From: Marsupella aquatica
Taxonomy: Eukaryota > Plantae > Marchantiophyta
NCBI GenBank assembly: GCA_973895155.1
Contig: OZ316892.1
Location: 10,210,283-10,274,282 of the forward strand
DNA: 64,000 nucleotides
Direction: 5' to 3'
Under the pieces are notes generated by a model, which was not told where the DNA came from, did no database searches, and saw only the letters and a list, made by a program, of their open reading frames with translations. Below are positions 12,631 through 25,691 of this stretch, piece after piece. The position numbers were made by a program, and so were the translations under genes. Positions within the stretch are counted from its first letter, which is position 1; the number at the start of each line of letters is the position of its first letter.

Positions 12631-14648
12631 ACTTAGGGTGTGTAGCCAAAAGATCCCACACACTGTATGTGTCGGAATTGGTGCTCTCCATAGATCGATC
12701 AGAACGTCAAATACAAAGGTAACGACCACAGGAGTTTGCCCATATGGCAGATTTGTCTTGCATACAAAGCTTTTATATGCAGGATGAATATCCTCAGTCC
12801 GTGAAACTCTTGATTGCATTCGGACAGAAGCAGAGAATTTGAGTACATCAACTCACAAGCCACCCAAGATATTTGAGAGACGTGAAGCACCGATCCAACG
12901 AATTTCAGGAGAAGTTTGAAGTTTGAAGTGTGAGGCCCATTATAATGTGTCTAATTATTTCAGGTGTACAGTAAGGAGAAGAGAACAACCTGCACCTGTG
13001 GCAAGGCGGAGATTGCTTGCTAGCTCCGAATAAGAAGCTTTATGAAATGTTTGGGGAAACAGCCGGGGACATTGAAAAGGCAACTGGTTGGTTTAGGGTT
13101 GGCATGGCATGGTCATTCCTCCTTCAGAACTGTACAATTCATCGTCAACATCCTGTCTTGCGTCGGGACGCCCCGCTCTAAGAAGAAAGTCATTAAACCC
13201 CTGCATTGAATAATAATTACACGAAAAATCAACCATAAGAACAGATTCAAGAAATTTGCTTGAACGAAACTGCCTCCAACTGATCAATACTCGAAAGATA
13301 GACTACGGGACGATTTCAGCTCGTAGTTAGATTAATTCATATTGACATAATTTGAGATAGAAACTGTTTCAGTTTGAGAAATCATGTTTTGGGAGACTCA
13401 CCAAATCCTTCACCGGAAGTGCCTCCCCAAGCCCGCATGTCCGTATAATTTTGCTTCAAAGATCTCCGCCGTAGAGCATCGTTTACAGTGATTGAGTGTT
13501 AAGACATTTTAGAAGTCCTACTCGTGTATACTAATGGGCTTCTAACGCAAGATTTCTATTGCCTGAGGGAATCTATTGCCTGAGGGAACTTAGAATAATG
13601 CTCCTGTAAAGTTTCAAGGAAATTCGCGAATTCTTGTGTGTTCCGTCGCTTGTCGACTGGGTTGCATGAATCAGATGTAACTACTCTAATTATACAGTTC
13701 ATGGAATGATGGACATCTACTTATATCCCTGGATATGAGATCTTGGATCAGATCTTCTGCGAAGGACGAGGACAAGCTAACCTGTTGTGCAACCTTGGAA
13801 TCTAGATGCAATAGAACTATGAGACACTGATATTAGATCCTTGCAAACGTTACGAAGTTGATCTCCGGGGTAAACCTTCGGCCAGATGATCTGCCTGTGT
13901 CCCCTGGCCAACCAAGGAGTACTCCAAAACGCGTCTCCTAACTCAACGCTGAACTGAAGTCGGACATGAAAAATATAATGCCCGTACCGTATGGACGGTT
14001 CCTTTGGGAGAGTAGAATTCCCAAACAAAGTCGTTGATCTTCGCACCCAAACACCAAATAAAAGCCAGGTTGTGATAGTTTTGATGTAAATGTGACGATC
14101 AATGCAACAATGACTTCACGACGAAAAACTTATAGTCACCATTAATTGCCAGAACTGTGAAATTGATCTGGGCAATGCCTAAGAAATCATCCCAATGGAA
14201 AAGATATCACATAGTTTATCCAGACTAATTAACATTTGAAAATTGTAATCAACCATGATCGGGGACACGGATCATTGATCATCGTGCTCCAGGCCGTTAC
14301 GATGACTACTAACAGTAGTTACGTACCTGCACCATACCAGGAAGCCTCTGCACCATACCAGGAAGCCTGGGAGGGCGATCACCACCCGTGACCTTAGAGC
14401 CTGCAGAGAACAGAACATCTAATATGGATGCCATTCAGACGCTATAACTGTTCAAATTTCTCAACTAATATTTTTATTTTTCGATCATGCTCAAGAGCCT
14501 GGCAAGAAGCTATGGGTGTACAAATTAATACTCGTGCTAGAGGCTGGTGAATCTCGCCTCAGTTATGTGTCTAGTTCCGAGCGACAAAGTAAACATATGA
14601 ATTCATGCGACTGGGTCCGGAGCATCGAAGACATCGAGCGTGTTACTT

Positions 14649-15908
14649 TCAATGGACCAAAGCGAATAAGAGGTGGAAAAATGTAGGGTCCTTCTTACTT
14701 AAATTACGCTGTCTAAGCTGTCGACCATCCACGTTCACGTTATCCTTCAAAAATGTCGTCACGTCGGGCGGTGGTGGCGTTGGTGGGCTGCGTATTTCTT
14801 CTGCAATAGAAGGATCTGCACCGAGTAGTATTAATTAGCCGGAGCCCTCCAAATTTCTGAAACTGATTAATATATAACGTATAGCATCAATATAAACCCT
14901 GGAGCAACAGCAAATTGAAACTAAAAAGCATTGATACTGTGAGGTTGAGGAGATATGTAAGTTTCTTCCTCTCTTGCTCTGTGCCTCCATTGCAGTTTCT
15001 TCACACTTACGAGGTAAAGTTGACAGTTCTAGTCCGGGGCACAGATATGATCGTTCGATAAGACGCAGGATCATATCTCGTGCTTCATCACCAGCGATCC
15101 CAGCCCCTCGATGCTTGCGCCAGCATTCCATGGCAGTCTTGACCTTTTCATAATCTTCATCTTCCCAACCTTGTACCAATGTCTGGAAGTACTTGAACAT
15201 CTTTAGGTTTATTTTGCGCTTGCCAAATACACAAAACGTTCCTGACATTGTTGCCTGTACTAGAGCTGGCACCAAATAAGCCAAGACCCACACCCAAGAA
15301 CCTTTTTGTCGAAATGAATTCGACATGTCGCTACAGAGGATATTAATTGCAAATGCCGCTGGAGATGTGGCAAGGAGAGCAAGTGCGGGTTTGTCCATGA
15401 AGTCTACTATAGAGCGAAAAGCTCTACATGATCGTGGAATATCGTTGCCTTCACTTCTATAATTTATGCGGACCAGCAGATTTCTGTACCGGAGAACTCT
15501 CATCCTCCAAGCTCTATTCGCAATGTCAGTCAAAGCCTCAGCGCTACGTGGGGTTACTCCGTGTCTATCTCTACGCCAGGTTTTCATGGTCTCCTTGACT
15601 TTTTCATAATCTTCGTCTGTACAACAATACAAGAATAGCTGCAAGTACTGACTTAACACCTCACGGATGACAATTTGTTGGTCTATTGCTATAGCTATTC
15701 CCCCTGCTACGATAGCTATCTGAAGTATGGATGGTATAACATAAGCCAGGACATTCTTAACGGAGAAAACGCTGTCAGTTGAATATCGATTGGAGATGTA
15801 ATTAGCTAACAAATTCAAGAAGAAATTTCCACAAAGTGTCTCGATTAAAACGAGTTGGGACTCAGGAACTGTCAAAATACAAAACAGTGAAGGTGTAGGA
15901 ATTGACAT
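14649..15908 (-). CDS. Unknown putative membrane protein with two internal repeats. Predicted exons 15908-15011 and 14815-14649
   Basis: Long ORF with hydrophobic segments and a duplicated motif LAY(V/L)(I/V)P..(L/V)Q...DEDYEKVK..M..WR. The GTAAGT donor at 15010 and CAG acceptor before 14815 give an in-frame Pro-rich second exon. Confidence 0.6.
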
Positions 15909-18009
15909 CTTGTTCTCACTGCATGTTTGGGGACGGTTCTCCTTAGTTTACTACGTACTGCTTCAGAGCTCGCTTCAGAGCTCACTTCAGAGCTCACGTC
16001 AGAGCTAGGCCACACCGAGGACCACAGCGATCGACTTCTAATTGACTGTGACCTCGTGCCAGTCAAAGTTATTGTTTCGTAGAGAAATAGTCCAACTGAG
16101 ACTGGGTTCTCAGTGTGTGGCCCCTAATGATGCATGGCTCGCATGCAGCCGGCCCCCAACCGCTGCCTTACTTCAATTCCTCCTTCAGTTCACGTGCTTG
16201 ATTCCTTATTTGTGTTCTTTGGGAGCGGAACTTCCTAAGCTGAAATTGCAAATTGCAAAATTTTCCCTTCCCCATCTTCTTCGTTCTTTCTTGGGTGAGG
16301 GTACTGTCCCGGGATTTCCGGGAGTTAAGGGTTTAGGGTTTGTACCCTAACGTTCTGGAACCTGGTGCACTATTGACTCGTTGATGGAGTAAGTAAAATT
16401 AGGTTGCAAGGACTTGTGAGGGATATACTTGATGGGACCCTAAATTGAAAAGTGCTCCTTGAGGGACCCCATGAGGCCCCATCCATGAGGTTTTTGGGTA
16501 CACTGATTAAGGTCCATCAAAGGTCTGGATCACTGATGGGGTCCATTAATACCTTCCATGTTGGGAATCCATCAAATATATCTGTGAGTGACTTAATTAT
16601 TGATTGAAAGAAGTGAAGTTCGATTTGGTTGTGATGGGATCTCAGCTGGAACCTGTATCCCAAGGTATGCTATTTCAATTCAAAGTATCGTTACCAGATT
16701 TTAGGCTACTTAATTGTTGATGTAAAGAAGTTAATTGCCAGGTTGATTGAAAGTCTCTTATCAACAAAGTAAGACTGTAAGGTAACTCTAGTGGGGAGAG
16801 TTTTGGCAAGAGTATTGTGTATAGCTAGACAGTGTTCTTGGCTTATAGCAGCTAAATGCTCAATGTGGTGACCTTGTAGCCTTTGTCCAAAAAGTTTCCT
16901 TCGTTAAGGTAGCAAATCCAACTGCAGCTAATGGCAACTTTTGTTTAGTATTTCTTTTCCTTACATTCTTTCTATAATTTTGTCATGAGCTGGAGAGAGA
17001 AGCATTTAGCTGATAAAAAATCACTGCAAACAACAATTACTATCGTAGTGCCATCCACTTGTGCAAAAAATGATTAAGTATTGAAAATTTGTGTCTGACT
17101 AACAAAATATTTTTTTCCAGTGCTTATAAAACCTCAAAAGAATTTTGATTATAAACACTGACTTTGCAGTGTATGTATTATATTTAGAATTAAAAACACT
17201 AGTAGAAAATGGGGCCTTTTATGACTATGACACATATGACTTATGTGCTCAAATGACAAAATATGTAAATGACATAACATAAATGACATTGAAATGACTG
17301 TCCAAAATGACGGGGTGCAAAAAATGACTAATACTTGCAATAGTGTCATTTAAACCAATGAGCCAAATGACTTTGACTGCTATAATGACAACAATCATGA
17401 GTTGTAGTCATTTTGGACAGTCTTTGTGAATGACACAATTAACAAAAACTCTGTCATATCAGTGTTTCACATATGGGAAGTCATTTCAGACGACGGTGAC
17501 TAATGACTAATAAATCAAATATGCAAATATCAGTGTTTAAAAATGTTAGTAGTCATTTAAACCAAAAGTGATAAATGACATGATAAACAACATATGACTA
17601 TTTTGAGGTTTATGGTTTAGTATATGTTTTAGGGTTTAGGGTATGATTAGTCATCCAAAATGTATGGTAGTATATATAAAGACTAGTGGCACTCACATAT
17701 TAGATTTGAAATACATTTAGAGACCTAACAAGCCTTCTTTTGTTGTGAGTCTCATCATTAAATTGATGTACAACTTAAAGGCTTGATAATCTCTAATAAG
17801 TATGTACATTTATATATACTTGCACCCATTTATTACATCTTTCCTATATATGTCAAGGACTCCTGAAGTGTTTACATTCCTTAAGCTGTATTCACATTTC
17901 ACATGTTGGAGTATATATGGGGGCATGCAAGGTTGCCAAATAACACTCTCGGGCATAGGTCTAGGGTTTAAGGTTTAGAATTTAGCTACTACATGCCTAT
18001 ATTTGCTCA

Positions 18010-20290
18010 TGTCATTTTTTTCAATATATTATTCATGTTATTTGCAAAGGATTCCCAATCATTTTTGCTCTCACTCAACTTTCTAGTCATTTGACAAGTG
18101 CCGCTAGATGTCATTTATGCAAATGTCATTTGGGATGTCAATGTTGTGGTCATGTATGCCATGCAGAATATGACTCTTAAGAGCCTTTGGTGCCTGATTG
18201 ACCCCATTGGTGATAGGGGCCGGCCATTAAGGATGATACCCACTTCACATGGTGCAGGATAGGGTACTTGACAACCCTGGGCCACTGGTTATACCATTTG
18301 GCCTCCACAACACTTTTTAAAATACACATTTTGCATCATGGAAGGGCATCACCCAACTTTGGGCAAAACACTCCCAAGTTTTTATGACTTTGGAGTCATT
18401 TGCCCAAAGGGGTGCAAATCATTCTAATTTGGTTATTTGCAAGGGATCTTGAGTCATTTGTGCATCTGACTAAAGGTTTTTGTCATTTGTGGAGTGCCGA
18501 GGGGTGTCATTTAAGTAAATGACATAAATATGAGTCATTGATGATGTCAATGCGGCAGTCAAGCATGCCATGGACAATATGACTCCTTGGGGCCTTTGGG
18601 GGCTTATTCGCAATATCTGTGATCGCAGCTGGCCATAAGGGATGCTACCCACTCCACATGGTGCGGGATGGGGTACTTGTACACCCTGAGCCACTAGTTA
18701 TGCCACTTGGCCTCCACAACACTTTTTTAAGCACACATTTTACATCATGGAAGGGCATCACCCAACTTTGGGCAAAACACTCCCAAGTTGTATGACTTTG
18801 GAGTCATTTGCCCAAAGGGGTGCAAATCATTCTAATTTGGTCATTTGCAAGGGATCTTGAGTCATTTGTGCACGTGACTAAGGGTTTGTGTCATTTAGGG
18901 AGTGTTGGGAGACGTCATTCATGTAAATGACACAAAAATAGGTCATTCATGATGTCAATGTTGCAGTCATGCATGCCATGGACAATATGACTCTTTGGGG
19001 CCTCCGCAGGTTGACTGGCCATATCCATGATTGTAGCCCACCATTAGGGATGCTACCCACTCCACATGGTGTGGGATAGGGTACTCGACAACCCTGGGCC
19101 ACTAGTTATACCACTTGGGCTCCACAAAGCTTTTTAAAACACACATTTTGCACCTTGGAAGAGCATCACCCAACTTTGGACAAAACACTCCCAAGTTGTA
19201 TGACTTTGGAGCCATTTTCTTGAAGGGGTGCAAACCACTATTGCTTGGTCATTTGGAAAGGATTTAGAGTCATTTGTGCGCATGACTAAGGGTTTTTGTC
19301 ATTTTGGGAGTGCCGAGAGACGTCATTCGTGCAAATGACACAAAACTCAGTCATTCATGATGTCAATGTTGCAGTCATGCATGCCATGGGTAATATGACT
19401 CTTTGAGGCCTCCGGGGGTCGACTGGCCATATCCATGATTGTAGCCCACCATTAGGGATGCTACCCACTCCACATGGTGTGGGATAGGGTACTCGACAAC
19501 CCTGGGCCACTAGTTATACCACTTGGCCTCCACCAAGCTTTTTAAAACACACATTTTGCACCTTGGAAGAGCATCACCCAACTTTGGACAAAACACTCCC
19601 AAGTTGTATGACTTTGGAGTCATTTGCTTGAAGGGGTGCAAACCACTATTGCTTGGTCATTTGGAAAGGATTTAGAGTCATTTGTGTGCATGACTAAGGG
19701 TTTTTGTCATTTTGGGAGTGCCGAGAGACGTCATTCGTGCAAATGACACAAAACTCAGTCATTCATGATGTCAATGTTGCAGTCATGCATGCCATGGGTA
19801 ATATGATTTGTTTGGGCCTTTGGGGGCTGATTGACAATATTTGTGATTGTAGCCGGCCATTAGGGATGCTACCCACTCCACATGGTGCGGGATAGGATAT
19901 TCTTCAACCCTCGACCACTAGTTATGCCACTTTGTCTCCTAAAGGTTTTTTGTAGCCAACTTTTTGCACCAAGGAAGGACTATGAGATTCTTTGGGCAAA
20001 ACACTCCCACGTTGTACGACTCAGTAGTCATTTAGCTAAAGTGGTCCATATCACTCCCATTTGATCATTCCCAAGGGATTCCGAGTCATTTTGAAAGTGA
20101 GTGCACTTTTTGGTCATTTGTGGAGTCCTATAATACGTCATTTATGCATTTGACATGAAAATGAGTCATTATTGATGTCAATGCGGCAGTCACGCATGCC
20201 ATGGACAATATGACTCTTTGGGGGCTTGGACGCTGATTGGTCATATTGGTAATAGGAACCCACCATTAAGGATGCTTCCCGCAAAGAATG
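18010..20290. repeat. ~408 bp tandem repeat, about 5.5 copies, inside CACTA element 1
   Basis: Anchor motif gggatgctacccactccacatggtg at ~18230, 18639, 19047, 19455, 19863 and (partial) 20269. Units are rich in GTCAT/ATGAC. Confidence 0.9.
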
Positions 20291-20984
20291 TATTGCATTT
20301 GGCAATTATGGAGTGCCGTGAGTTTAGGTTTTGGGCAATGACATCAAAACAAGTCATTTATGTTGTCAATCCTAGGAGTGAGGACTATGAGATTAGTGAT
20401 TTAATATGTGAGTGACTAATTTTATGAGAATGTCCACCAAATGACTTCCTCACTTAGGTAATTGCAACGTCATTTGGTGGGTCAATGAGGATGTACATCC
20501 TAAACCTATGCGCGCATATGTTTGTAATTTATTTTGTGTTATATACTATTTGGGAATTTTGGCACCTAGGTTTCCACATCAATGGGTTTCAAAGGCCACC
20601 AGTAAATTAAGTTTTTGAGTCACTGGTTATTGTAGATGGTAATACATACTTGTGACAAGTATTTGTGTCATCAAAAAAACATTTGCCCCCAAACTTCCTC
20701 CATCTCCTAAAATTGATTGGCGAGGGGAAACATCCTAGTAAAATTGACGGCAACGGGAAACATCCTAGTAAAATTCCCGTTGCCGTCCCAAAGCCTTATT
20801 TGCTGACCATGTGTCATCTTGTCATGCCCCGGCCCTATCTTCCTTGGATCCCACGAAACAACGCCCGGCCACATGGATCCCATTTTCCCATAAGAAATTC
20901 AGACCTGGGTTTAGGGTCGCCTGTTCAGTCACACCGGTCACACAAGTCACAAGTTCACGTTGGGAGTTAAGGTATTCTCGTGAA

Positions 20985-21200
20985 GTTGAGCAGCGAGTGG
21001 AGGTGCGAGGTCACTGCTGCGAGTTGAGGTGCGAGGTCGCTGCTGCAAGATCGGTGCTGAGCGGTGAGTTGAAGTACGAGATTGCTGCTGCGCGCAACCT
21101 CGGTGCTGAGCAGTGAGTTGAGGTGCAAGGGCACTACTGTGAGGTCGCTACTGTGAGATTGCTACTGTGAGGTCGCTGTGAGGTCGGTGCTGCGTTTTAG
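20985..21200 (+). repeat. GC-rich short direct repeats, probably in the non-coding leader exon of element 1
   Basis: Recurrent gagttgaggtgcgaggtcgctgctgc and actgtgaggtcgct units in a CpG-rich island within an otherwise CpG-poor element. Confidence 0.6.
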
Positions 21201-23223
21201 GGTGAAGGAGCTGAGGTCCGCTGCGCCTAATTTTCTGATCACATTGTGAGTTCCCTTACGGACTTGGAACTCCTCACAGGTGCCCTTACTTACTGCCACC
21301 ATTCAGTTCATGAGCTCGAGTCGTGGTGACAATTTTTGAGCCCATTTCTGAGTAGAGGATCAAACATTGGGTTACGAAGTGGGTGCATTGAAGCTCCGTT
21401 TGAGGTGTGGTTGTGTTGGAGTTGGAGCTACAGACAAAGATTAGGTCCTGAGCAGCAGTCGCAAACAATTGAGGAGCACTGGACGTGATACGAGGTGGGG
21501 GCCGCTTCATTTCATTGCTGTGGTAGTTGGCATATTACTTGCACCTTGGCTACCTCGTTTTTCTTTTTGGCATCGATTGTTATTGCTCTGAGTTCTCTCT
21601 CTGTTTTGCTTCAAAACTCTGTCCATTTTGTGGTGCCTCGCTTGTACAGCAGGAGAGTTCCTTGTATAGCAGGCTCAGGGACTTCGACTGTCTTTCATTG
21701 TGTGTTGTGTTATGGGCTGCAAGGTGAGAACTGCGCTCCACATTGGCGAGGACGGGATCCCTTTCTTTCAGTTTCAGTGAAGGGCCGAGCTACGACTGAA
21801 ACGCCTTTACCTGCTGCCATTTAAACCGCTCTGAGCTCCTTGAAGCTTGGGTTATCAGGTAAGAGTATGGATCTACATTGCCCTTATTTGTTGTCCTCTT
21901 TGAATATGTACATAGCTCTACCTGATGGGGAGTATGTCTGTACACTCAGCTAGAACCAAGGCAAGTGGTTGCAATAGTGAATGAATGCTACTATCGGCCA
22001 CACAAATGAATTCATTCAAGTTGAATGTTTGAGACATTCTCTAAAGTTTTACGGACTTTGCTTATATATAACCCGGCGTTTGCTCTTCCGTAAGCTTTGA
22101 CTATTTATTATTGTGCGACGTGAGATTGTATGAAGGTGGGAGCTGCACTCCACACTGGCAAGGACAGGAAGGTTTTTTTTCTGTTTCCAGTGAACGACAG
22201 AGCTGCAACTAAGGTAGAGCTGTGCTACGTTCTACCAAGGCAGACATTGGACCTGCAAGTTTCAGTTCGAGTGAAGGACAGAGCAACTCAGGTACAAGCA
22301 AGCTGCTAGTTCGATTAACTGAGTTGCAAGCGACTTCCAACATTCAGTGAGACTGCGAGTGATTGGAGCTACGACAAGAGCTGCAATCAACATGGGCGGA
22401 CATTGGACCTACATTGGACATTGTGTCCCCATCAGTAGAGTGCACAAATCCTGCTTAATTTGCATTTTGGTCCTGGCCTGGCTTGCTTTGTGGTCCTATG
22501 CACTGTGCATCCTTTGTGTCTCCATGGAATATCAAATAGTTACATAGTCTCTGCTCTGAGTACAGTGTTGTGCATTATTGTTTCATCGAGCTCCTCAAGA
22601 CAGTACCAATTTGTAGAGCAGCATGTAATGCTAGGTTTGAACACCAAGGACCAAGTAGTTTTTACAGAGTCTCGGGTACAGAGCCTATGTATGAAGAGGT
22701 CAAAGGCATGAGGATTTTTCTTTAGTACAGAGTTCCTGGGATCTACAAATAATTCTTGTACATGGACAAAGTATTTCTCTGTAGATTTGTTTTTAGTCTG
22801 CCTGACTGCAGCCACTTTGCTGTCCTTCCATTCCACTCCAATGTTTGTAATTTTCTCAATCTATTGAGCCCGTCAACTCAATCGCTGCTACTTTGTTTAT
22901 TTTCAACAACTTTGATAGAACACAAATTAAATAGATAGCCAGTGTGAGTCAACAAATTTTCAGAGAGTAAATCCATCCCTGGATTTTATCTCAAAGAACC
23001 ATGTTTAACTTTTTGCTCTTTGTGCAGAGCACGCAAGAAGCATTGCCAAGTTATTGTACTCTGTGAAACTTAGGTGGGCAGGACATCTGTTGATTTGGAC
23101 TTTTTGCTCTCTCACGGTAAGTACACTACACACACGCTCTTCTTGTTTGTGTCTTGCCCCTCTCCATAAACTTCTTGTAATATTCACTTAGGTAATTGTG
23201 CAGATCCACACATCACATCGGGC

Positions 23224-23922
23224 ATGGCACGGGCTGCTGCTGCCTGGCTGGATCCAAAGTTTGCCCATAAAGAGCACCTTCGCATGGATCCCCCTTGTTG
23301 TTTTGAATGTGATGAGGGAGGTACTGTGTTGTTTTGCGATGGGCCTTGCAGTCGTCATTTCCATTACTTAGTTGATGGGCAGAATCCTGAGGACCCTGAT
23401 GGCCATGGGCCTGAGTGCACACTCGTTGCCATTTCTAGAGGGCATGATTGGGCCAAGGAGTGGCTCTGTGACCTATGTCAGCAGAAGCGAGGTCGTTGCT
23501 TTGCTTGTGGGCTGCTTGGCCGAATTTTGAATCCCACTACAGATGAGCCCCTTGTGGTCCAGTGTGCACAGGATGACTGCTATTCCTTTTATCATGTGGG
23601 TTGTCTGCGGACTATACTGAAGGCGAGGGAGTTGCCTCTGATAGGGTACCCAGAGAACCCAATTGCACATCCCGCTGCTCTGATATGCCCAAGGCATTAT
23701 TGTGATGTTTGCAAGGAGTATCGGGATGGCATCTGGGAATTTATCCAGTGCCGTAGGTGCCCTCGTGCATGGTGCAGGGATGAGGGACCAGAGGCAGACA
23801 AACACCTGAAGAGAGGGGTGAAGGGTAGAGAAATGTGGGATATTGGTCCATGGCGTATGGTGTACTGCAATCACCATGTCATTCCAGAGGGTCCTGATGT
23901 GCCACCTCATGATTTCAAATAG
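23224..23922 (+). CDS. Multi-PHD zinc-finger protein (EDM2/NSD-like composite PHD) carried by CACTA element 1
   Basis: Intact 232 aa ORF: CFECDEGGTVLFCDGPCSRHFH...C...WLCDLCQQKRGRCFACGLLG...QCAQDDCYSFYHVGC...ICPRHYCDVC...QCRRCPRAW. The Cys/His spacing matches the tandem PHD cassette of plant EDM2 and animal NSD proteins, recognised by eye. Confidence 0.8.
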   Translation: MARAAAAWLDPKFAHKEHLRMDPPCCFECDEGGTVLFCDGPCSRHFHYLVDGQNPEDPDGHGPECTLVAISRGHDWAKEWLCDLCQQKRGRCFACGLLGRILNPTTDEPLVVQCAQDDCYSFYHVGCLRTILKARELPLIGYPENPIAHPAALICPRHYCDVCKEYRDGIWEFIQCRRCPRAWCRDEGPEADKHLKRGVKGREMWDIGPWRMVYCNHHVIPEGPDVPPHDFK

Positions 23923-24253
23923 ACCATAAGCCTTCAATTGTGTAGGAAACACTGCATAGTACAAAGTATACTAAACATAAAAGGGGCTAAGGACTTATGG
24001 AAGTATACAGGTTTTAAAATGGACTAAAGGACTACAGTGGAACACCAGACCTTTTGGTTTGATGAAAATGGAGTGAAGTGTCAAGTTGGATTGAATGGAC
24101 TAAACTGTGAGATTGTATGAAATGGGGTAAATTGTCTGATGGACTAAACTCAAATGGACTAAACTATCTGATTGTATGAAACATTTGGTTGAATGTTAAA
24201 GTGTTTGCATGGGTTCCCGGATAAAATTTTGGCTTTTTGTATTTGTCACAGTA

Positions 24254-24700
24254 ATGCCAAGAACACTCAGCAGCTTGGAAGCTGACCTTGAAGGCAGAGC
24301 TGAGAGGCTACTCCTGAAGCAGAGTGGAATGAGGTTGGTCCCTGGCAGCTCTGCTGTGAAATGGGAGTTTTTGCCTGTACAGAGAGACACGCACAGTCGG
24401 CCCATTACTCTAGATGCTCCACCCTTGCCCATAGGTTTTTGTATTGTGGCAGTCAAAAATGGAGTGGTACAACCAGAGCAGATATGCTACTCTGCCTGTA
24501 TCCACAGTTGTGAGGATTTTTGCCCAAAATGTCGAGTGCGCCCAGGGGATATATATAGGCGAGATGGACATAGTAGAGTGCAGAGGAGGTGTGCCTGTAT
24601 AATGTTTCACCATGATGAGCCGGTCTTGGGACCAGGAGTTGAGACTGTTTGCCCAAGAGTAGAGCAGCACTTAGTGGAGAAAGACCAGTATCAATTCTGA
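24254..24700 (+). CDS. Small Cys/His-rich protein of unknown function in element 1 (148 aa)
   Basis: Open frame starting just after a ttgtcacAG acceptor. The C-terminal half has CYSACIHSCEDFCPKC...RRCACIMFHH...CP. Confidence 0.5.
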   Translation: MPRTLSSLEADLEGRAERLLLKQSGMRLVPGSSAVKWEFLPVQRDTHSRPITLDAPPLPIGFCIVAVKNGVVQPEQICYSACIHSCEDFCPKCRVRPGDIYRRDGHSRVQRRCACIMFHHDEPVLGPGVETVCPRVEQHLVEKDQYQF

Positions 24701-25691
24701 TTGTATGATGACTGTTAGAGTGTGGCAAACATATGAAGAGCCTTAATGGAGTTACATAACAAAAAAACTAAAAAACATCACACTGACATCTGAGGCAAGA
24801 CCTAAAATCCACCCAAGGTCTGTAAAATTGTGTTGTCTCTTTGAGGGATCTGGCCATAAGAAGGCAAACTTCACTTAATGTCTCTAGTTTTGTAGTACTG
24901 CCTTTGTAAACCCACAGCCTTAAGAAGGAGTTGAACCTGGGTCTATGAACTTTATTATTTTTTATAATTTTGAACATTGAGTGTGTATTTCATTCTTACT
25001 ACTGCACAAAAACACTATATGTTAAATTATGTACATTACATGACACCCTTTCAGGCCCTTGTCCATATGTATCCTAGTTTTGTGTGGCGATGATGAAACA
25101 TTGTGATCATTCTGCCTGTTTGAAGAGGATCATTTCAACAAATGAATTCAAAAGTCAAAGAATATATGAAGGAGGCTGGGGATTGTTGGACATTATGATT
25201 AATGTTTGTATTGTACTCATTGTTTTGAAGGGTCTGAGATTGCTGACTACTGTGAACACCCTTGGCGTAAATCTGGTTCAGGTAGGCCTTTATTTTGTCT
25301 TGTAAACTTATGACATTTTGCTTTGTACAATTCAAGTCTCCTTCAAATAACCATTGCCACTTACTATTAATATGAAATGAGATTAGGTGACGTACCCAAG
25401 TAAATAATTTCTGATCAAATTGCTAGTATGTCATATGTTTACCTGTTGTTGGCATGCATGTACTATTCTATTGGCAATGAAGGGTAAAGTGGGAGCTGCC
25501 TTTACCTCAGTTGGAGTATTGTACCTCAATTGTATGTCTATTCTTCACTTGTGCACACATTTGCTTCACATGACGGTCTAGAGGATGGTATGGAAGAGTT
25601 TTGGAGTTGTCTAAAACAAATTCATATGCTCTACAAGATATCACAGAAGGTAGATGTGCAACTGTGTTTTTGATTAGGTAGTGCTGCAATC

